Source: Octopus vulgaris
Taxonomy: Eukaryota
NCBI GenBank assembly: GCA_951406725.2
Contig: OX597825.1
Coordinates: 50,468,001-50,532,000, forward strand
Length of the DNA: 64,000 nucleotides
Direction: 5' to 3'
Part shown: one piece after another, positions 11,641 through 24,600 of the stretch
Numbering within the stretch: position 1 is the first letter of the stretch
Layout of the letters: every line of letters starts with the position of its first letter
Made by a program: the position numbers and the translations under genes
Notes under the pieces: model-generated
Seen by the model: only the letters and a program-made list of their open reading frames with translations
What the model was told of the DNA's origin: nothing
Databases searched by the model: none

Positions 11641-12879
11641 TGTAATGCATTGTGACCACAGTGCAGCTCTGCAGAAAGCTCACAGATACATACAAATATA
11701 ACTTATTCTAGAAAAGACCATAGCACCAAACAGATGGTTAAAATCTACTGAAACTCAGCATGTAGAATTATTACTGCTTATGCCATGACTGAACAGAGGA
11801 CTGGGATCAACCACTGCAGGTTACAGTACTATGAAGAGAAATTTCTGTGAACTCTTGGATTCGATTCTTCAATTAGCTACATGATGATTATGCCAACTTC
11901 TTGAATACGAATGTTCTTCCTGGCTAGAGTATAGGACTGTCTTATCTTTACTGGTAGTGTGCCTCTGGCCTATCTGACATGTCTTGTTCATACTCAAGAT
12001 GTCAATTAGCTAGGGTACCATCTCTTGTTTCAGCTGTTCCATCCAACCCTCAACTTTAAAATAGTGTACAGGCATTCCAGATGGGCATTCTTGTAATGTT
12101 CTTCACACTGAAGATCTACTTTGGCCAGAGCTAAGAGTTCTTTTAGCTCTAGCTTGGATTGACCTCCACCCGCAATCATATATGCATCAGTAGATGCATC
12201 ATCTCCTCACTGCCTTGTTAATGAATGGTTGAGACAACACATCATTCCTTTAGCAATTTGAATATTGCAGGCAGGGTGTCTAGCCTTGTGTCCCATCCTG
12301 CTTCTTTCTCAACATGTTCTTGAAGTCAGCTATCCTGAAATACCACCCTGAAATTTCAAATTCAAGTACAAATCCATAACTTTGCAAAGGTACATTTCAG
12401 CTGAGCCTGAAAGTCATGTAAGGCAAAGTCAATAAACTTTGTGGTAATGACTGAGGTTAAGCTTTTTTTAATTTTAATATATTCTACATATTTCAGTGTT
12501 TACATTTGGATAATGTATGTAAATGTTGATGACAAAGGAATAATTATTATCATAGAGTGAAACATGTAGAAGATAAATGTCTATCAATAATGAGAAAAAT
12601 TTGATAAACTTACATGAATTTAAATTGAGGGAAATTATTCTATAGATGCTATACCAAAACTAACATCTTCCAAAAAAAGGAAGGATGCCAGATAAGAAGC
12701 TTTCTAAAATTGCCAGTGACTACTCAGATAGTCAGCTCAAGCACTAGCTTACTTCTGCTTACAGAAGGAGGTTCAATAGACAATTTGTCACTGATTAGCT
12801 AAAATAATACGTGACAGCAGTGAGTCTACCTTTTTGCATGCATGTGGTCACTGCATATTCAATAATGAAGTCATTAGTT

Positions 12880-13090
12880 CCAAATTTTGGCTCAAAGCCA
12901 GAAACTTCAAGGAAGCAGATAAGTCAATTACATCAACTCCACTACTCAACTGGTCCTTATTTTATTGATCCCAAAAGGATGAAAGGTAAAGTCAACATGA
13001 GTAGAATTTGAACTCAGAACATAGAAATGGACAAAATGCCACTAAGTATTTTGCCTAGTGTGTTTACAATTCTACCAGCTCACCACCTTA
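12880..13090 (-). mobile_element. SINE family B
   Basis: Collinear with 9497-9720. Confidence 0.8.
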
Positions 13091-13433
13091 AATAATCATG
13101 CCATTAATGAACAGAAGTATTCAATAATGAAAATTTATTACACATTTCATGTATTGGTTCTTATGGTCAGTGAGTTTTTCTTCTAATGCTAAGGAAATGC
13201 ATCAACATTATGACATACTAACATATCCCTCTGGAAACAATCATATATGTATGCATGTGTGTACATATATATATGTGTGTGTGTGTGTATGTATATATGT
13301 ATATATTCTGCCTAAATAATGGAACTGCAGATACAATATCCCTGCATATCTCACATCTATTTTTGTTCCTCCACTTCATTCTCTATTTTATACCCTATCT
13401 AGAATAACTATTGCTTAACCATTCTCTCACACC

Positions 13434-13481
13434 GTCTCTGATGAAGGGATGTATAAAATATCCCAGAAACAGCTGTAAGAC
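13434..13481 (+). ncRNA. Minimal type-I hammerhead ribozyme in a PLE pseudo-LTR remnant (~13310-13545)
   Basis: gtct-CTGATGA-a-gggatgt ataaa atatccc-a-GAAAC-agct-GTA-agac: intact core, 4-bp stem I, 7-bp stem II and a palindromic AGCT stem III loop. Confidence 0.75.
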
Positions 13482-14369
13482 CTATTTATAAATGTTCTGA
13501 AATTTCTCACAGCCTTCAATTTTTATCTCATTCAGTAAATTTATATATATATATAAACACATACAATTTTTAAGAATGTATATGAAGCAGGTATTGAGAA
13601 TAAAATACAAGGACATAATTCAGAATTCATTATGGTATTAATGAGTATTGACAAGGAATTGTATAAAAATAATTTTCATCTAATTTACAAACTAATTTAC
13701 GTTAAAGTGTAGATTACTTCTCCTAAACCAAGACTAGCAAGTTAATAAAAGAATGACAATTTGATATTTTATTTTATTTTAGTTAAAAACCTGTAAGCAA
13801 AATTTCTTCATATTTTAACATTTTTTCAATGTTTTACATTTTTTTGTTATCTTCATCCCCCACCTTAGACTAAAGAAACATAAAGTGTGTGTATGTGTCT
13901 GTGCATATGTATATGTACATGTGTGTGTCACCTCTACTTATGACAAGGAAATAATATATGAAACATTAATTGTTAGCTTAACTTCCCAACCTATAAAAGT
14001 TATTGTAATATCTTAGTCCTTTTTCTCTCTCTTTCTCTTAATGAGGCCAAATTATTCCAAGAACGTATTTAACTTCCTGCACTAATGTTCAATCAAAGTT
14101 AATGTCTTAATATAAATGTAAGTTCCAAGGTGGGGAAATACAATGGATTTTTATTGAAACTGGCTGGTGTCATAAAAACTACGATTAATTTTTAAAAGGC
14201 TATTTGTTAGTAATTTTCTATAATATTATTGTGCTATGGTTTATGAATCTGTTATACTTATCATATATATTGGACTGATAAATACACTTAAACTAAGTGT
14301 AATACACATATAAACATGCATACTATACACACACATGCATGCACGCATGCGCACACACACACGCACATC

Positions 14370-14652
14370 AATTGACGAGTACAGTATTATATGTCCATTA
14401 TGGATGATCTTGCCAATCGGTTTTGCCCGAGGCTTTAAGTGGATGTTAGATAATAGCCCAATTATGTAACCCTGCACTCATTAGAGTTGATAGTTACGGA
14501 AGGTGAAAAAAAGACTTTTGTTCCATAACTACCAACTCTGATGAGTGCAGGGTTATATAACTGGCAGTTATCTCATATCTGGTTAAAAACCCCACTTCAA
14601 AACTGCATAATAAGATTAGCCATGATGGATATATAATGTTGTACACTTCAAT
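14370..14652. mobile_element. Palindromic PLE-derived element with decayed HHR cores
   Basis: Long imperfect inverted repeat (taaccctgcactcattagagttg...caactctgatgagtgcagggtta) centred on ggaaggtgaaaaaagactt. CTGATGAG is present in the right arm. Confidence 0.6.
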
Positions 14653-14721
14653 TAATATACCCACTCTATTGATAAATATATAAGTGCATATTTTTTTCTA
14701 GCTTGTGGATTCTTAGATTGA

Positions 14722-14852
14722 TATCATCATCATCATCATCATCGTTTAACGTCCGTTTTCCATGCTAGCATGGGTTGGATGGTTAAACTGGGGTCTGGGA
14801 AGCCAGGAGGCTGCACCAGGCTCCAGTCTGATCTGGCAGTGTTTCTACAGCT
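14722..14852 (-). mobile_element. RTE LINE 3' terminal fragment with (GAT)n tail
   Basis: Reverse complement of the 3' end at 17640-17767. Confidence 0.85.
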
Positions 14853-17767
14853 AAGACAACTGGAGGTTTCTATGGGACAACTTGCTGAAGGTCACTGACA
14901 AGATCTGTGGATATTGCAAACTCCCCTCTCGACCCAAGGTAATGTGGTGGTGGAACAATGTTATTGACAAGCTATTAGGGAAAAGAAACAGGCTTGGAAG
15001 GACTGGAAGAATGGTGGTAGCAGGGAATTTATCAGACTGCCAGAAGGGAAGCTAGGAGACAGGTTTATTTAACTAGAGGGGAAGCAGATAAGAAAAAATT
15101 TGCCAATGTTCTGCGCTGTGAGGACCAAAAACTTGAGGTATTTTGTGTTACAAGACTGTGTGTGAGAGAGAATCATGATATCGTAGGAGATAAATGTGTT
15201 CACATGGATGATGGTTCACTTGCACTAAACGAAGGTGCAACGAGAGAGGTTTGGAGACGCCACTATGAAAGGTTGCTCAAAAAAGAGATCGAATGGGAGA
15301 TAAAAAGTTTGCTGAATGTCAACCCAACAGAGGGACCAGCTATCTGAATTGACAGTACCTTGGTAGATAAAGCAATTAAGGGTATGAAGACAAGGAAAGC
15401 ACCCAGCCCATCAGGAATTACCACAGAGATGCTCAAAATATCTGGCAGTTTTGGCTATAGCCTAGTCACCTGTATAGTCAACCAGGTGATACATGAAGGA
15501 GTCATGCCCAATGACTAGTGTAGCAGCACCATAGTCAACTGCTACAAAGGTAAAGGTGATGCATTAGATACAAATAATTACAGAGGTATCAGGTTGTTGG
15601 ATCAGGTAATGAAGGTCACGGAGAGGGTCATAACCCAACTAGTTAGGGAGAGAGTCAGTCTAGATGAGATACAGTTTGGGTTCGTGCCAGGGAAAAGCAC
15701 CACTGATGCTATATTTCTGGTAAGACAGCTGCAAGAGAAATACCTAGCCAAAGATAAACCTCTGTACCTAGCTTTTGTTGATATGGAGATAGCCTTTGAC
15801 AGGGTCTCCCGATCCCTTATCTGGTGGCCAGTGAGGAAACTAGGGATAGATGAATGGTTAGTGAGAGCTGTGCAAGCCATATACAAGGATGTTGTAAGTA
15901 AGATGAGGGTTTGCAAGAAGTACAGTGAAGAATTCCGAGTAGGGGTAGAGGTCTACCAAGGATCAGTCCTCAGCCCCCTCTTATTCATCATAGTCTTCCA
16001 GGCAATAACAGAGGAATTCAAGACAGGATGCCCCTGGGAGCTCCTCTATGCTCATGACTTTGTTCTAATTGCTGAGTCACTATCAGAACTAGAGGAAAAG
16101 TTTCAGGTGTGGAAGCAAGGATTAGAATCGAAGGACCTTAGAGTCAACCTAGCTAAAACCAAAGTCTTAATAAGTAGGAAGGCAGACAAACCACAAATCC
16201 CTTCAGGTAGATGGCCCTGCTCGATCTGTAGAAAAGGGGTGGGTAGAAACTCCAAAAGATGTATCCAGTGTAAGCTATGGACACATAAGAGGTGCAGCAA
16301 TATCAAAGGGAGGCTAACTGGGAAGATAGTTTTTGTATGTGGCAGATGCACAGGTGCTATCAACACTGAAAATGTGCAGAGAACAGCTTCTGTCACATTC
16401 CAGGGAGAAAAACTAGAAATAGTTGATAGCTTCTGTTACCTAGGTGACCAAGTCAGTAGCAGGGGTGGATGCTCTGAAAGTGTAGCTGCTAGAATAAGAA
16501 TAGCCTGGGCAAAATTCAGAGAGTCCTACCTCTACTGGTGACAAAGGGCCTCTTGCTCAGAGTAAAAGGTAGTCTATATGACACATGTGTGCAAACAGCC
16601 ATGCTATATGACACTGAAACATGGGCTGTGACTGCTGATGACATGCGTAAGCTTGCAAGGAATGAAGCAAGTATGCTCCACTGGATGTGTAATGTCAGTG
16701 TGCATACACGACAGAGTGTAAGCGCCGTGAGAGAAAAGTTAGATTTAAAAAGCATCAGCTGTGGTGTGCAAGAGAGATGACTACGCTGGTATGGTCATAT
16801 GTTGCAAATGATTGAGAACAGCAGTGTGAAAAAGTGTCACATCCTAGCAGTTGAGGTAGAACCAGGAAAACTTGGGACGAGGTGTTGAAGCACAACCTTC
16901 GGACATTGGGCCTTACCGAGGCAATGACTAGTGACCGAGACCTTTGGAGATATGCTGTGCTTGAGAAGACCCAACAAGCCAAGTGAGACCATAGCCCATG
17001 GCCTATACTAGTAGGTGTAACCAGCCCATTTATGAATAGCCCTCATTCATTGGACAATAAACCTTGCTTGTGAAGACCTATTGGGGCAAGTGAAATCAAA
17101 ATCAAAATTGCTGATGTAGCTGATGGCAGTACCACCTGATTGGCACTCATGCCAGTGGAACATTAAAAGCACATCTAAACATGGGGTGTAACAGGCCCAC
17201 ATATGAGTACCACTCATTCATTGGACAATGAACTTTGCCTGTGAAGACCTATTGAGGCAAGTGTAAACAAATCAAAATTGCTGTCGTGGCCGATGACAGT
17301 ACTGCCTGATTGGCACTTGTGCCAGTGGAATGTTAAAAGCACATTCAAGCATGATCATTGCCAGGACCATAGATTGGCTCTCATGCTGGTGATGCATGAA
17401 AAGCACCATTCGAGCATAATCATTGCCAGCATCGCTTTACCAGCACATGTGCTGGTGACACGTGAAAAACAACATTCGAGCATGGTTGTTGCCAGTGCCA
17501 CCAGACTGGCTCCCATGCAGGTAGCTTGTAAAAACACTTTTTAAGCGTGGTCATTGTCAGAACTGCCTGACTGGCCCTCATGTTAGTGGCACATAAAAGC
17601 ACCCACTACACTCTCGGAGTGGTTGGCATTAGGAAGGGCATCCAGCTGTTGAAACTTTGCCAGATCAGATGGAGCCAAGTGCAGCCTCTGGCTCACCAGT
17701 CCTCAGTCAAACCGTGCAATCCATGCTGGCATGGAAAGCAGACGTAAAACGATGATGATGATGATAA
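14853..17767 (+). mobile_element. 5'-truncated RTE-clade LINE with long repetitive 3' UTR and (GAT)n tail
   Basis: WWWN linker, KAPSPSGITTEMLK, YKGKGDALDTNNYRGIRLL, then the RT ORF. The C-terminus is broken by frameshifts. Ends in gatgatgatgat. Confidence 0.92.
15594..16541 (+). pseudogene. RTE reverse transcriptase ORF remnant with embedded PHD-like zinc finger
   Basis: QFGFVPGKSTTDAIF, AFVDMEIAFDRV, QGSVLSPLLF, YAHD (catalytic YADD mutated), FCYLGD. Cys/His cluster at 16218-16349. Confidence 0.9.
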
Positions 17768-17775
17768 TATATATA

Positions 17776-17825
<50 letters not shown>

Positions 17826-17829
<4 letters not shown>

Positions 17830-18815
17830 TGCCAAGCTATGGACACACATGAGGTGCAGTGGAATAGTTGGAAAATTAAAAGAGAGAGTAGTGTTCATAT
17901 GTGGAAGATGTATGTGAGCCATAAAGACCTCAGATGCATGGAAAACTGATTTCTTTAAATGTTCTGGTAGCTCACTGGAAGTTGTAGGTATCTTTTGCTA
18001 CCTATGTGACGTAATTAAAAGTTGAGAAGGTTGTACAGAAAGTGTGATTGCTACAAGTGTAAGATGGAATGAATTCAGAGAGCTTTTACCTCTGTTGGCA
18101 AGTGAAGGGAAGATTGTATGATGCATGTGTATGAACTGTGATGTTGCACAGTAGTAAGATATGGGCTGAAGAGGAAAGAAGCTGATATGCTTTCCTGGAC
18201 ATGTGATGTCAGTGTGCATGTCTGACAGAGTATTGGTGAATTGAGACAGAAGCTAAGCATAAGAGGAATTATATGCAGTGTGCAAGAGAGGAGACTGCCC
18301 TGGTTTGGTCATGTGATGCAGATGAATGAGGACAGTTGCATAAAGAAGTACTGATTACTTAGAATGGAGGGAAGTTGTGGAAAAGAGAAACCCAGGAAGA
18401 CATGGAATGAAATACTGAAGGCCAATCTCAAGGATATGAGAAAGGACCAAGTTATGTGGCACATTGCTGTACTCAAGAAGACCTGCCCACCACAACAGAA
18501 CTAAGATCACAAAACCAAGGTGACACATAAAAATCATTGGTGTGGGTGCTGGTGCCCCATAAAAAGCAGTGGTCCTGGTGCCGCATAAAAAGCACTAGTG
18601 ATGGTGATACATAAAATGCAATGGTTATAGTGATGCATAAAAAGCACCAAGTACACTCTGTAAAATGGTTGGCATTAAGAAAGGCGTCTAGCCCCAAAAG
18701 CCAAGCTAAAACAGAATACAGAACCTGGTGCAGCTCCTGGCCTTACCAGTCACTTGTCAAGCTGTCCAGCCCATACCAGCATGGAAAACAGACATTAAAT
18801 GATGATGATGATGAT
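17826..18815 (+). mobile_element. Second, older RTE 3' fragment
   Basis: Collinear with 16265-17767 (PHD region to 3' UTR) with internal deletions; (GAT)n tail. Confidence 0.85.
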
Positions 18816-19082
18816 AAAATATATATATGTATATATATATATATTCATCGTGTTTGTTTGTATGTGAATGTTCTGAACAATTGTTATATCTTTGGTTACC
18901 CTTTTTATTTAGAGTTTTTCAAATTTTATGTTCACTTTGGGTCAAATCATAGTTGAACCTGTGTTTAATTCTTTATCCACAATTACACAGAAATCAGTAA
19001 TAGTGGAAGACTGGATACACCTTTGTCAATAACTTGAATACCAATGATATACTGAGTTGACTGCATCTGTGTCAATAATTTA

Positions 19083-20522
19083 TTAAGTCGTCTGGAAAGT
19101 TCTGAGTATTTTTTAATATGCAAAATGGGATATAAATAATTGACTTTTCAATAAATTATATTCAATGAAATAATTTCCATTATTATTAATGACCTTTGCC
19201 CATCTATCAGGCAATTTAAATGTTCCATCAGCATAAAATTTGACTGGTTTTGAAGAAAAAAGTTATCTAGATGCATTTTGACTCCATCTAAATTGTTAAA
19301 TGCTTTTCCTTGCACTGAGTTGTGTAGGGACAAAAACAAGTGATAGTCAGATGGCACAATATCAGGAGAATATGGTGGTTGCAGTAAGAGATTCCAGCCA
19401 AGTTTACGTGACTTTGTTCAGGTAGCCAAAGACACATGCGGTTGGATATTGTCTTGTTGGAACACTACCACTCTCCTGTTGGCAATCTCCAGCCTCAGTT
19501 CTTTGATTTTTAGGTTCAAATTAGCCAGCTGACAACAGTAGACATCAGAATTAATGGTCTGGTTTTGTGGGAGAAGCTCATTATAAATAACACCTCTATG
19601 ATGCCACCAAACATAAAGCATAGCTTTTTTCACATGGACATTCATCTTTGGTTGCTGTTTTGGAGGATCCTTATGCAAACTCCAAGATCTTTTTCATGCT
19701 ATGTTTTTGTACACAATCTATTTTTCATCTCTCATCACAAGCTTTTTTAGAAAAAAAAAATGCTTTCATTCTGTTTCAAAAGCATATCACAAACAGAATA
19801 CCAGTCCAATCAATTCTTTTCTGAGAGTTTGTGAGGGACCCATATGTTATAGCGAGGAACGTATCCTAGCTTCATTAGGTGTTCATGAGTCGTACTTTTA
19901 GAAACTTCCAACTCCTGTGCGGAGAGGAGCTTTCTCCGTCCGGGTTGCAGATCCGTGGAACAAGCTGCCAGACGAGATGGTGAAGATGCCGACGACCGCT
20001 TTGTTCAAAGCCTCCCTGGACCTCATGTGGCCTGAACTCTTTACATGAACACCACCCTGTACTTAACTCCATGTCCCCCTACATGGCCTTGCTATTTGCT
20101 TTTGAGCCAAATTAACTAACTAACTAACTAACTAACTAAGTTCACAAGTCGTGATATTTGAGTTTTCTTTGATTTTTGCCTTCAAAACATCATCCAATCT
20201 TGAATGCGTTCCACTGTGATTGTCATCTTCCAAGCTAAACTCTCCAGTTTTAAATTTTGCAAACCACCTTTGAACAGTTGATTCACCTACAGCATCATCA
20301 CCATAAACTTCACAAATGTTTTTGCAAGTCTTTGCAACATTTTCTCCTTTTTTAAAAAAAGAAAAGCATTACTATGTAAATATGAAATTCTTGCTTATTC
20401 AATTCAAATGTCAATAAAGGGTAACCAGAATGAAAGGTAAATACAATGCCAAAGTTTTAACTGTGTTACGAAGTATTAAAAGATTTAGCTTAAAAACGCT
20501 CAGAACTTTTTGGACAACCTAA
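19083..20522 (-). mobile_element. Full-length decayed mariner (DD34D) transposon
   Basis: ~33-bp TIRs ttaagtcgtctggaaagttctgagt / (rc) ttaggttgtccaaaaagttctgagc, each flanked by TA. Motifs WVPH, RDEK*IVY, MLYVWW..GVIY.ELL, QQDNIQPH and PPYSPDIVPSDYHLF. Confidence 0.92.
19846..20139 (+). mobile_element. CR1-group LINE 3' end with (CTAA)n tail, nested in the mariner
   Basis: RRGAFSVRVADPWNKLPDEMVKMPTTALFKASLD is a typical CR1 ORF2 C-terminus. CpG-rich (young). Interrupts the mariner next to the WVPH codons. Confidence 0.8.
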
Positions 20523-21271
20523 TACATACCAGTAATATACTGAGAGCACCTGTATCCCCCTCCAGTTATGTGATGCCTTGTGCTAATATAAGAAATCACT
20601 ATGGCTCTGAGGAATGGATCTTTGAGTATTGTTGTGAAATATTTCTGTTTAGTCATGGTAATTCCTACAGACCTTATCCAGTGGTACTTGTTTTCCTTAA
20701 GGTAAAACAAGACTTTACTTCTTCACAGAATTAATATGATAAGGTTTCGTGTGTGAAAGGTGTCAATATTTCAACTGAAGTGAGGAAGCCTCTGTATGGT
20801 TGCACTACTTCTTTAAAATAGCAGCCAAATCTCCTTCCATGCTATCACCTTTAAAAGACAGGGAACCATTTGTAACTTGGGTTATGTTAACCTGAATGCA
20901 TTGAACCAAAAACAAAAATAGGATGGTCATAGCTAGAATGCCATTTGTCATACATCTGCTTGATCAGGATTGTCCTGGGAGTTAAACAATAACATCACAG
21001 CATTAACATCATCACCATCTTCAGTCATAGACCTGAGCAATCAGAGCTGACCACCACTACTATAGCAATAATAACAACAACATAAACACAACATCAACGT
21101 ATAGCCAGCAGTCACCCTGAAATGAGTATGACCAGATAATGTATTATGCTTTCTCAAATTGTTTTGGATGCCTAGGCCATCAAGAATAGATACCCTCTTA
21201 GTCTCTCACCCTTTCATCCAGTGGCACATCCAAAATGTGACAGCTGATGAGAGTGAGAGAGTGAAAGATAG

Positions 21272-21305
<34 letters not shown>

Positions 21306-21339
21306 AGCTACATCAGCATTCGCCTGGTACTCATTTTCA

Positions 21340-21900
21340 GTCATGAGCCTTACAAAGGGGATGACAGTGGACCAAGATATGTGGCATATTGCTGTACACA
21401 AGAAGACTTGTCCACCATAACAGAATTGAAATCATAAAACCAAGGTGACACATAAAAAACATTGGTGTGGGTGCTGGTGCTCCATAAAACACAGTGATGA
21501 TGGTGCTGCATAAAACATACCTAGTACATTCTGTAAAATGCTTGGTATTGGGAAGGGCATCCAACTGTAGAAACCAAGACTATGGAACCTGGTGCACCCT
21601 CTGGCCTTACCAGTTACCTATCATACTGTCCAACCCATGCCAGTATGGAAACCGGACGTTAAATAAGATGATGATAATAAGAAAACACATTGGTGTTGGT
21701 GCTGTGTGAAAAGCTCTGGTAAAAAGTACCCAGTACACTTTGTAAAATATAGTTGGAATTAGGAAGGGTATCCAGCTGTTGAAACAATGCCAAAACAGAC
21801 AATGGAAACTGGTGAGACACCAAACCACACCAGTTCCTGTCAAGCCATCCAACCCATGCCAGCATGGAAAATGGATGTTAAATGTTGACAACTATGATGA
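21340..21900 (+). mobile_element. Two tandem RTE 3'-UTR fragments
   Basis: Both carry ggaagggcatcca...aacccatgccagcatggaaa...gatgat ends like 18460-18815. Confidence 0.75.
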
Positions 21901-23447
21901 CAGACTGCAGCAACATGAAATTAAGTGTCTTGCTTAAGAGCACAAAGCATTGCCTGGTCTTGGAATTGAACCATAATATTATGATGGTGAGCCAAACATC
22001 CTAACCACTAGGTCACAACATCAACAAAAACAACAGAAGAAACCTTCAATAGATTTGCAACCGATCACAATACTACTGTGCTAATCCCTTCATGGTACAT
22101 GGTACTATTTATTCCCACTAAAATGTGGATGTTCTGTTAGAACAAACCATACTGTGGTAGATACCCTGAGAGAAACTCTCAAATTGTCTTTTGATACAAA
22201 ATGCACTCTTGTTTATATCACTGATGGAGATATAAATCTTCACCATCTCCTTTACAACATGTTTCTGTCCTAAACACTGAACCTAGTGAACTTATCACTC
22301 TTGTAATAAACGATTTTATTTACTTCTTGTCAGATGTACTTCTTCTTGTTTATGACATTTCTAATTAAATCAATATTTATTTTATTGATCAATTACTTTT
22401 TATTCTAAATTTAACATTTTTTTTTTCTTTTATATTTCCTTATCATCAATGTTCCTCTTCCATACTGGTATGTGTTGGATGGTTTGACAAGATCCAACAG
22501 GTCTAAGGATTGCACCAATGTCTGGTTTTAAGTTTGAATTTAATAATATCAGTGTGATTTTCCATAGATGTTAGATAAAGATTACACTATGTTATACGCT
22601 GAGTGCTAGGTTAGATTTTGGCTAAATTCTAGGAAAAGAGTTGATTGTCTTGACCAGAAATAACAGAAATTTTTCCAAATGATGAAGATTTGGATTGTCA
22701 ACAGGCAGGTTGTAAGTTCAAAAAACACTTGCAATCATTAATTTATGTTTCTGTGTAATATGTTTAATATTAACTTCTGAAGTACAATACTAGATTAGAC
22801 CCTTTGCAGGAGGTAATTCACAATAGCAATTGTTTCTTGGGAAAGTTTCGTAGCCTAACCAATGTAAGATATATCTCTCATTAGTATTCTTGGATTTTTA
22901 GGGTCTTCATTCAAGTTTTAATGCAACTGAGATTGTCATGTGGTAGATTTCTAAATGAGAAAGCGAGAATGAATGGGAGATCGTGGGTGAAACATTACAG
23001 ATGCAATTCTGTTGATATGAATAACAAGCATGTCATTGTTATAAGCTAGGATACTGCTGCTGCTATTGTTCCTTCTAACAATGGAGGAGGAATGGTGTGG
23101 TTCTGGTGGTGGTACTGCTATGAGTAGTAGCAGCAACAGCAGCAGAAGAAAGTTTTCTTGTGGTGGAGTTAGTGATGAACATTATGAGGATGGAAGAGTG
23201 TTAGTGATGATTACTGTGGAAACAGTTGCAAGAATGGGCAGTGATCCAGTCTTTGAGGAGATTAACACTGATATTGATAGCAAAATTACCAAAATAGAAC
23301 ACAACATTTGATTGGCATCTACACACATGATTTACACAGCAATGCAACAATATCAATAGTCTGTGAGTATAAAGATATATATATATATATACATACACAT
23401 ATATATATGCACATACAAACACACACATATATAAATATATATATATA

Positions 23448-23488
<41 letters not shown>

Positions 23489-24003
23489 TATGTGTGTGTG
23501 TGTGTGTATAAATGGTCCAAGAGAATGTAAATGCCAATGAATCTTTATACACCCTACAACTCACACATCCATCCTTTTCAATAATATTTTGGAACAAAAG
23601 AATCGATCAATATGTCTGCAGGACAAATGTTCCTGCCTTAGCTAATATCATTATTCTTTTACTCGGATCAACAATCCAGAAGTGATGGCCATGTTTGCTC
23701 CAATGGTAAGGTTATATTGTAAATTCAAATCAAAAACAATCCTAAATTGGATTAGTCTGGATCTCTTCTGAAGCTATTTTTATTTCATTGGCAAAGTTTA
23801 TGATGTGGCATGTGATTTCAAACACATATTAACATATACACTTACACACACATGTATGTATGTACTAATGTATGTACATATGTATATTTGCATGTGTGTA
23901 TGTATGTATTTATGTTCATATGTATGTGTGTGTATGGGTGTATTGATTTATCTACACAAAAAATGTAAACAGCCATGTGCAATGTGTTACTATAAAGTGA
24001 CAG

Positions 24004-24036
<33 letters not shown>

Positions 24037-24040
24037 ATTG

Positions 24041-24530
24041 CAAGTGTGGTTGTGTGGTAAGAAGCTTGCTTCCAACCACGGTTTGGGTTCAGTCCCACTG
24101 CATGGCACCTTGGGCAAGTGTAGTCTATTATAGTCTCAGGCCAACCAATATTTTGTGAGTAGATTTGGTAGATGAAAACTGAAAGATGCCAGTCTCAAAT
24201 ATACCCTTTTATTCTTTTATACATTTCAGTCATTTGACTGTGGCAATGCTGGAGCACTGCCTAAAGTACGAATATATATGTCTATCTATGTGTGTATATA
24301 TTTTGTTTCTGTGTTTGTTCCCCACCACCAATTGACAACTGGTGTTGATGTTCTTATGTCCTGTAACTTAGCAGTTCAGCAAAAGAGAAAAAGAAACAAA
24401 TAGAATAAGTTCTCAGCTTAAAAGCAGAAAGAATAAATACTGGGATTGATTCATTCAACTAAAATGCTTCGAAGCAGTGCCTCAGTATGACCACAGTCTA
24501 ATGACTGAAACAAGTAAAAGAATAAAAAGA
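24041..24530 (+). mobile_element. SINE family A with an internal inverted copy of a family-A tail (~24205-24263)
   Basis: tRNA head gtggtaagaagcttgcttcc...gggttcagtccc; tail aatgactgaaacaagtaaaag. Confidence 0.85.
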
Positions 24531-24559
24531 TGATAATGATAACGATGATGATATGAATA

Positions 24560-24599
<40 letters not shown>

Positions 24600-24600
<1 letters not shown>

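Noticed and set aside
11700-12450. Possible old LINE fragment
   Set aside because: No diagnostic motif could be read with confidence.
17340-17605. CRISPR-like regularly spaced repeats
   Set aside because: Eukaryotic LINE 3' UTR; whole units are homologous, with no unique spacers and no cas genes.
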